Assembly: GCA_023420895.1 (NCBI GenBank)
Contig: JAEZUY010000021.1
Coordinates: 3,411 to 67,410 of the forward strand
Direction: 5' to 3'
DNA length: 64,000 bases
Origin: Bacillota bacterium
GTDB taxonomy: Bacteria; Bacillota; Clostridia; Tissierellales; Gottschalkiaceae
This document shows, in pieces, positions 59,284 to 64,000 of this stretch. Made by a program: the position numbers and the translations under genes. Position 1 is the first letter of the stretch. Each line of letters begins with the position of its first letter. The notes under the pieces were generated by a model. The model had not been told where the DNA came from and ran no database searches. It saw only the letters and a list, made by a program, of their open reading frames with translations.

Positions 59284-60582
59284 CTATATTATCCCGGCAG
59301 CAATATAAATATAGAGCACTGCAAATCCTGACACTGCGGTGAGTATGACGGAAGGAATCCCGAGCTTCACAAAATCTCTTAAAGAAATTCTGCAGAAACT
59401 GCTTGCTTTCTCAACTACTATGACATTCGCAACTGAACCTATAATAGTGAGATTTCCAGCTATAGTGCTTATATAAGCGAGTATGTACCAGTACACTCTG
59501 CTGTTTGAAAGTTCAGATATTATATCTGAAACAATCAGAACGTAAGGCACGTTTCCAAATATATTGGATCCTATAAGAGCCGCCGCCGAAAATTTAATAT
59601 ATCCCAAAAGACTGTTTTCAAAAAGTCCGTCTATGCTGTAGAATATTTTCTCTGTAATTCCTGTACTGTTGAGCGCTCCCACTACAGCAAAAAGCAGTGC
59701 AAAGAACATCAGAAGAGTCCAGTCCGCTTTCATCAGTATCCTGTTTTCATTCCTATTTGAAACGAGAAGCAGAACCGCAGCTCCTGCAAAAGCCACCCAT
59801 GCTATATTCGGAAATATGAAAAACCCGATTATTATTCCGGCCATAACGATAAGACTCTTTATCAGGAGAGGCTTAGTATAAAATTCCGGTTCCCTCTCTC
59901 CTGTAATTTTTCTTTCTTTTCCGTCTTCTGAAGAATTTCTAAGTCTTTTTTCTCCATATTCCGAATTTTCAAAATCTTTTCTGAATATAAGTCTTATAAG
60001 AAAATAGTTTATAAAAAGGCCTATAATTCCTATTGGAAGCATTTTAAAGAAAAACTCCTGATAAGGTATTCCTGAAAGACTTCCTATTATCATATTTTGA
60101 GGATTACCTGTAAAGGCCATTGCGCTTCCTATATTCGATGAGGTTGCAATTCCCAGAAGAAACGGCAGTGAAGGCAGATTCCTCTTTCTTATCATGATTA
60201 AAAAAAGAGGTGTCATGAATATGCATACTATATCATTAACTAAAAAAGCTGAGAGTATTCCCACTCCGAACACTTCTATCAGAAGAAGATTCTTGAGCGA
60301 AAAGTTTTTTCTGTCCAGCCATTCAGTTATTATTTCGAAAAATTCCGCTTCTGCAAGATGTTCTATTACAATCATCATTCCCAGAAGAAGAACTATAGTG
60401 TCCCAGTTCACAAAAGAATACATTTCTTCCGGCGATGCGACTTTCGCTGCGACCATCAGAACTGCACCTATCAGAACACCTGCATTTCTTCCCAGTCTGA
60501 ATCTCTTGAAGTTTATTCCTGAAATCATTATATAAGTTATCAGAAATATTATAAGAGCTTTCAGCATATCGCTGCTCATCAT
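59284..60582 (-). CDS. ArsB/NhaD (YbiR-like) anion transporter
   Basis: Motifs SAFLVND, SNIGSAMAFTGNPQN, SNIFGNVP, AGNLTIIGSVAN. Confidence 0.9.
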   Translation of the reverse strand: MMSSDMLKALIIFLITYIMISGINFKRFRLGRNAGVLIGAVLMVAAKVASPEEMYSFVNWDTIVLLLGMMIVIEHLAEAEFFEIITEWLDRKNFSLKNLLLIEVFGVGILSAFLVNDIVCIFMTPLFLIMIRKRNLPSLPFLLGIATSSNIGSAMAFTGNPQNMIIGSLSGIPYQEFFFKMLPIGIIGLFINYFLIRLIFRKDFENSEYGEKRLRNSSEDGKERKITGEREPEFYTKPLLIKSLIVMAGIIIGFFIFPNIAWVAFAGAAVLLLVSNRNENRILMKADWTLLMFFALLFAVVGALNSTGITEKIFYSIDGLFENSLLGYIKFSAAALIGSNIFGNVPYVLIVSDIISELSNSRVYWYILAYISTIAGNLTIIGSVANVIVVEKASSFCRISLRDFVKLGIPSVILTAVSGFAVLYIYIAAGII

Positions 60583-61124
60583 TTTTTAAGTACCTGTTCT
60601 GAAAGCTCCTCAGCTTTTTCATCTCCTAGAAGCGCTCTTGCTATCTCTATAGCAAAATCACCTGCGAGATAAGGTCCTTTTCCTGTTATTATATTTCCGT
60701 CTTTTTCCACATTTTTTCCGGTGTGAACAGCATCTCCGACCTCTTCTTCAAATCCGGGATAGCATGTAGCTCTCTTTCCTTCCATTATCCCTGCTCTCTG
60801 AAGAACTGAAGGTCCTGCACATATTGCAGCAGTAATTTTTCCTTTCTCATACGCAGATTTCACTGCATCTATTACTCTCTCATCATCTCTCAGATTCGTT
60901 GCTCCTGGAAGTCCTCCCGGAATTATCAGAGCATCTGCCGAATCAGTATCAACATCTTTCAGCACCATATCGGCTGAAACTTTTATTCCGGACGCTCCTT
61001 CAACTTCGGTTCTGTCATATATAGAAACGAGCTTCGCATCTATATCCAGTCTTCTAAGATAGTCTGCCGCTGTAAGCGCTTCTATTTCTTCGAACCCGTC
61101 TGCTAAAAATATAAGTGCTTTCAT
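60579..61124 (-). CDS. DJ-1/YajL (ThiJ) family protein
   Basis: Motifs GFEEIEA, PGGLPGA, AAICAGP, TCYPG. Confidence 0.93.
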   Translation of the reverse strand: MKALIFLADGFEEIEALTAADYLRRLDIDAKLVSIYDRTEVEGASGIKVSADMVLKDVDTDSADALIIPGGLPGATNLRDDERVIDAVKSAYEKGKITAAICAGPSVLQRAGIMEGKRATCYPGFEEEVGDAVHTGKNVEKDGNIITGKGPYLAGDFAIEIARALLGDEKAEELSEQVLKK

Positions 61125-61577
61125 TTTCCTTCCTCCTCTCTTTTACTTAATTTTAACATATTTCTCATTTAAAACAAATTCTGCAGAATATACTCCATAT
61201 TCATTCTTTTTTATATTATATTCATTCTTCACATATAAATACGAGTTTTCATATCCGATAATAGGTGTTTAATTCATTTGTTTTTATGGAAATTTCTGTA
61301 ATTTTTGTAAAATAATTACAATCTTAATTTCTTCTTCAAATATTTTATATGTATTTTTCACAAATCTATTTATTTTGTTAATAATATCATAATTTTTCCA
61401 AGTGTTTTCAAAATAATAAATAAATTTTATATATTTATTGTTATTCTTTAATTATCTGGGTATATAGCTTAATGAGACTTTTATTATTTTCTCAAAAACT
61501 ATTTGATTCTTCTATACTGATAGTTTTAATTTGCAGAAGATAAAAAATTTTTAATATAACAAAGGGAGGTTATTAAA

Positions 61578-62939
61578 ATGGATTTTTTAAATATCTTAGA
61601 ATCCATGAAAGACTTTCTCTGGGATAATTTCTTAATCTATGTGCTTTTATTAGTAGGTATTTTATTCACTGTGAGATTAGGATTTCCTCAGATTATGTCT
61701 TTAAAAGAAATTTTCACTCAGCCGTTCAAAGGTATGTTTGATAAGAACAGTGACGGCGTAAGTTCTTTCCAGGCACTTGCAACTTCAATCGCAGGTCAGG
61801 TTGGAACTGGTAATATAGGGGGAGTTGCAACTGCTATAATGGCCGGAGGACCGGGAGCTATATTCTGGATGTGGGTTTCTGGAATTCTCGGAATGTCGAC
61901 AATATTCGGCGAAGCAGTTCTCGCACAGGTGTACAGAGAGGAGACTGAGGACGGCTATGTAGGAGGACCAGCCTACTACATATCTAAAGGACTGAAAAAT
62001 AAGAAGCTCAGAAGAATTCTTGCAGCAATTTTCGCTGTTCTCATAATTCTGGCACTTGGACTTATAGGAAGCATGGTTCAGGCAAACTCTATGAGTGTCG
62101 CTCTTGAAACAGGTTTCGGATTCAATCCTATGATTGTAGGAATAGTCGTTGCAATAGCCGCGGCTTTAATATTCGTCGGAGGAATAAACAGAATTGCATC
62201 TTTTGCAGAAATACTAGTTCCTATAATGGCAGTAGTTTATTTTATAGGATCCATAGTTATAATGATTAAATTTCATGAAAACATACTGCCTATATTTAGA
62301 GATATAGTGAAACAGGCATTTACAGGAAGAGCAGCTATCGGAGCTCTAGCCGGTATCTCTGTAAAGCAGGCCATTAAAATGGGACTTGCGAGAGGACTTT
62401 TCTCAAATGAAGCCGGTATGGGTTCTACTCCTCACGCTCACGCAGTTGCAGAAGTTAAACATCCTGCACAGCAGGGATTCGTTGCAATGTTCGGTGTAAT
62501 AGTAGATACACTTGTAATATGCAATATAACTGCTCTTGTAATACTTACTACAGGAGCCCATGTTGAATCGGCTGAACTGGGACTTCAGTCAGTTGCAATA
62601 ACTCAGAAAGCTTTTGAAATAGCTTTCGGCAGTCTGGGAATTAAATTTCTTGGAATATCACTTATGTTCTTCGCATTTACGACTATAGTAGGTTGGTACT
62701 ATTTTGGAGAGAGTAATATAAGATATCTTTTCGGAGAAAAAGGACTCCTTCCTTACAGAGTTCTAGTTATGGTATTTATCGTGCTTGGAGCAAACTTTGA
62801 AGCTGATTCAGTCTGGATGCTTGCAGACCTTTTCAACGGTCTAATGATAATTCCGAATATTTTAGCTTTAATCGCTCTTTCAGGCGTAGTTTCTAAGAAG
62901 CTGAAAGATTTTAAAGCTAATAAAGAAAAATATGAGTAG
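61578..62939 (+). CDS. alanine/glycine:cation symporter (AGCS family)
   Basis: Motifs GQVGTGNI, GGPGAIFWMW, GGPAYY, RGLFSNEAGMGS. Confidence 0.95.
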   Translation: MDFLNILESMKDFLWDNFLIYVLLLVGILFTVRLGFPQIMSLKEIFTQPFKGMFDKNSDGVSSFQALATSIAGQVGTGNIGGVATAIMAGGPGAIFWMWVSGILGMSTIFGEAVLAQVYREETEDGYVGGPAYYISKGLKNKKLRRILAAIFAVLIILALGLIGSMVQANSMSVALETGFGFNPMIVGIVVAIAAALIFVGGINRIASFAEILVPIMAVVYFIGSIVIMIKFHENILPIFRDIVKQAFTGRAAIGALAGISVKQAIKMGLARGLFSNEAGMGSTPHAHAVAEVKHPAQQGFVAMFGVIVDTLVICNITALVILTTGAHVESAELGLQSVAITQKAFEIAFGSLGIKFLGISLMFFAFTTIVGWYYFGESNIRYLFGEKGLLPYRVLVMVFIVLGANFEADSVWMLADLFNGLMIIPNILALIALSGVVSKKLKDFKANKEKYE

Positions 62940-62979
62940 ATAAGTTAATAAGTATAGCTGAAAAATAGAAAAAACATAT

Positions 62980-63016
62980 AAAAAAGAGCGGTGAAATCAG
63001 TCCACCGCTCTTTTTT
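62980..63016. terminator. bidirectional terminator
   Basis: AAAAAAGAGCGGTG/CACCGCTCTTTTTT inverted repeat. Confidence 0.9.
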
Positions 63017-63025
63017 CATTATCAG

Positions 63026-63484
63026 TTATTCTGTTATTTCCTCTATAGTATTGAAATCGAATACATCGTCTTCGAGCTTTATTCTCGCTTTTCTCTTTCC
63101 GTCATCAACTATTTCTCCTGAAACTTTCATATTCGCAACTTCAAAAAATCTTTTCAGATTCTTATCGTAAAGAATTCCGTTTCTTCTAGTTATAAGACCT
63201 TCTTCTGACATATCCATTATTCTGTCTATATTATATACTAAATCGTTTATATCCATTCCCTGTTCTTTGCTTAAAAGAAAAGCTTTAAGACTTACAAGTT
63301 TAGATATTTTAAGCGAAAGAAAATTATCGAGATTTTCAATTTTCAGAGTGACCATTATATCGTCAACTACTGCCTCTTCATATACATCTCTGTCGCTCGT
63401 ATATTCTATGCCGTAATTTTCTTTAAGATAATCCACTATTCTCTCATCTTTTTCAAACATTCTGTCTGTGTAAACACGACCCAT
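63026..63484 (-). CDS. hypothetical protein, 152 aa, downstream of polC
   Basis: SD GGAG; closely follows polC. Confidence 0.7.
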   Translation of the reverse strand: MGRVYTDRMFEKDERIVDYLKENYGIEYTSDRDVYEEAVVDDIMVTLKIENLDNFLSLKISKLVSLKAFLLSKEQGMDINDLVYNIDRIMDMSEEGLITRRNGILYDKNLKRFFEVANMKVSGEIVDDGKRKARIKLEDDVFDFNTIEEITE

Positions 63485-63530
63485 AAACTCTTCCTCCGAT
63501 TCATATTTAAAATTTCCCTCTGTATTTCTT

Positions 63531-64000
63531 TTACATCGAAAGACTGAACAAGTCTATCTGATTCTTTTCCTGCATACCCTGAAGACATCCGTGAATTCTC
63601 AGAGCTTCTATTACAGTCTTGCTGCATTTAGCCCTTTTCGTCAAGTCCTCTATAGATATGAATTTTCCGTTTTCTCTTTCTCTTGCAATCGATCTTGAGA
63701 CGTTTTCACCAACGCCCTCAAGCGCTTTTAAAGGAGGAATTATTCCTTTCTCTCCTATTTTAAACTTATCGCTGTCCGATTTATATATATCGACTCTTTC
63801 AAACTTATATCCTCTGCAGTACATTTCAAGTGCAACTTCAAGAACTGTTAAAAGATTCTTTTCTTTTGCACTCTTGTTATTGCCGAGACTTTCAAGCTCT
63901 CTGATTTTCTCTCTGACCGCATCTTCGCCTTTCAGAATGAGCTCTGCATCGAAGTCCGCCGCTTTCGTAGTGAAATAAGTGGCATAGAATGCTTCCGGAT
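63531..64000 (-). CDS. polC: DNA polymerase III PolC-type, C-terminal part (runs off the window)
   Basis: PEAFYATYF..EMYCRG..F..VDIYKS..F.SIEDL..NQIDLF (clamp-binding-like motif); frame is open to the window end. Confidence 0.95.
   Translation of the reverse strand, partial: PEAFYATYFTTKAADFDAELILKGEDAVREKIRELESLGNNKSAKEKNLLTVLEVALEMYCRGYKFERVDIYKSDSDKFKIGEKGIIPPLKALEGVGENVSRSIARERENGKFISIEDLTKRAKCSKTVIEALRIHGCLQGMQEKNQIDLFSLSM

Noticed and set aside
61125..61577. Possible glycine riboswitch or CodY box upstream of the Ala/Gly symporter
   Set aside because: No GGAGA/CCGAAG/CTCTCAGG aptamer motifs. CodY-like strings (e.g. AATTTGCAGAAGATA) have three or more mismatches in very AT-rich DNA.
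371..63978. Many short ORFs in the track antisense to or overlapping real genes (e.g. 371-676, 28035-28529, 29709-30185, 43098-43592, 45124-45525, 55405-55974, 63619-63978)
   Set aside because: They are Ser/Phe/Ile-rich shadows of the purine-rich coding strand, with no SD or recognisable motifs.

Overview
This is a low-GC, Clostridia/Tissierellia-like chromosomal segment made up mostly of housekeeping genes, nearly all on the minus strand, with frequent TTG/GTG starts. In order it contains: a small membrane peptide, a degenerate guanine-deaminase-like gene, convergent mtnN and luxS, an aminotransferase, padR/PHP/spoVS/MocR, three tandem M42 peptidases, ispH-plsC-cmk, a HI0933 flavoprotein, transporters, pgsA-rimO-ftsK, RNA-modification genes, a complete hisZGDCBHAF(IE) operon, a ZinT/ZnuACB zinc-uptake locus, a type IV pilus operon, an Ala/Gly symporter and the 3' end of polC. 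I saw no mobile element, CRISPR array, rRNA or tRNA, and no clear-cut novel multi-gene system. The most interesting signals are (1) two apparent pseudoenzymes, a ligand-less middle M42 subunit and a ligand-less guanine deaminase homolog; (2) a perfect hairpin lying between the Shine-Dalgarno sequence and start codon of the aminotransferase; (3) a -1 frame extension at a U_UUA_AAA heptamer in an HTH regulator; (4) an unlisted small membrane gene with an in-frame UGA; (5) a ZnuA with a large inserted domain, plus matching operator-like motifs over both zinc promoters. All family calls come from recognising motifs by eye; no searches were run.
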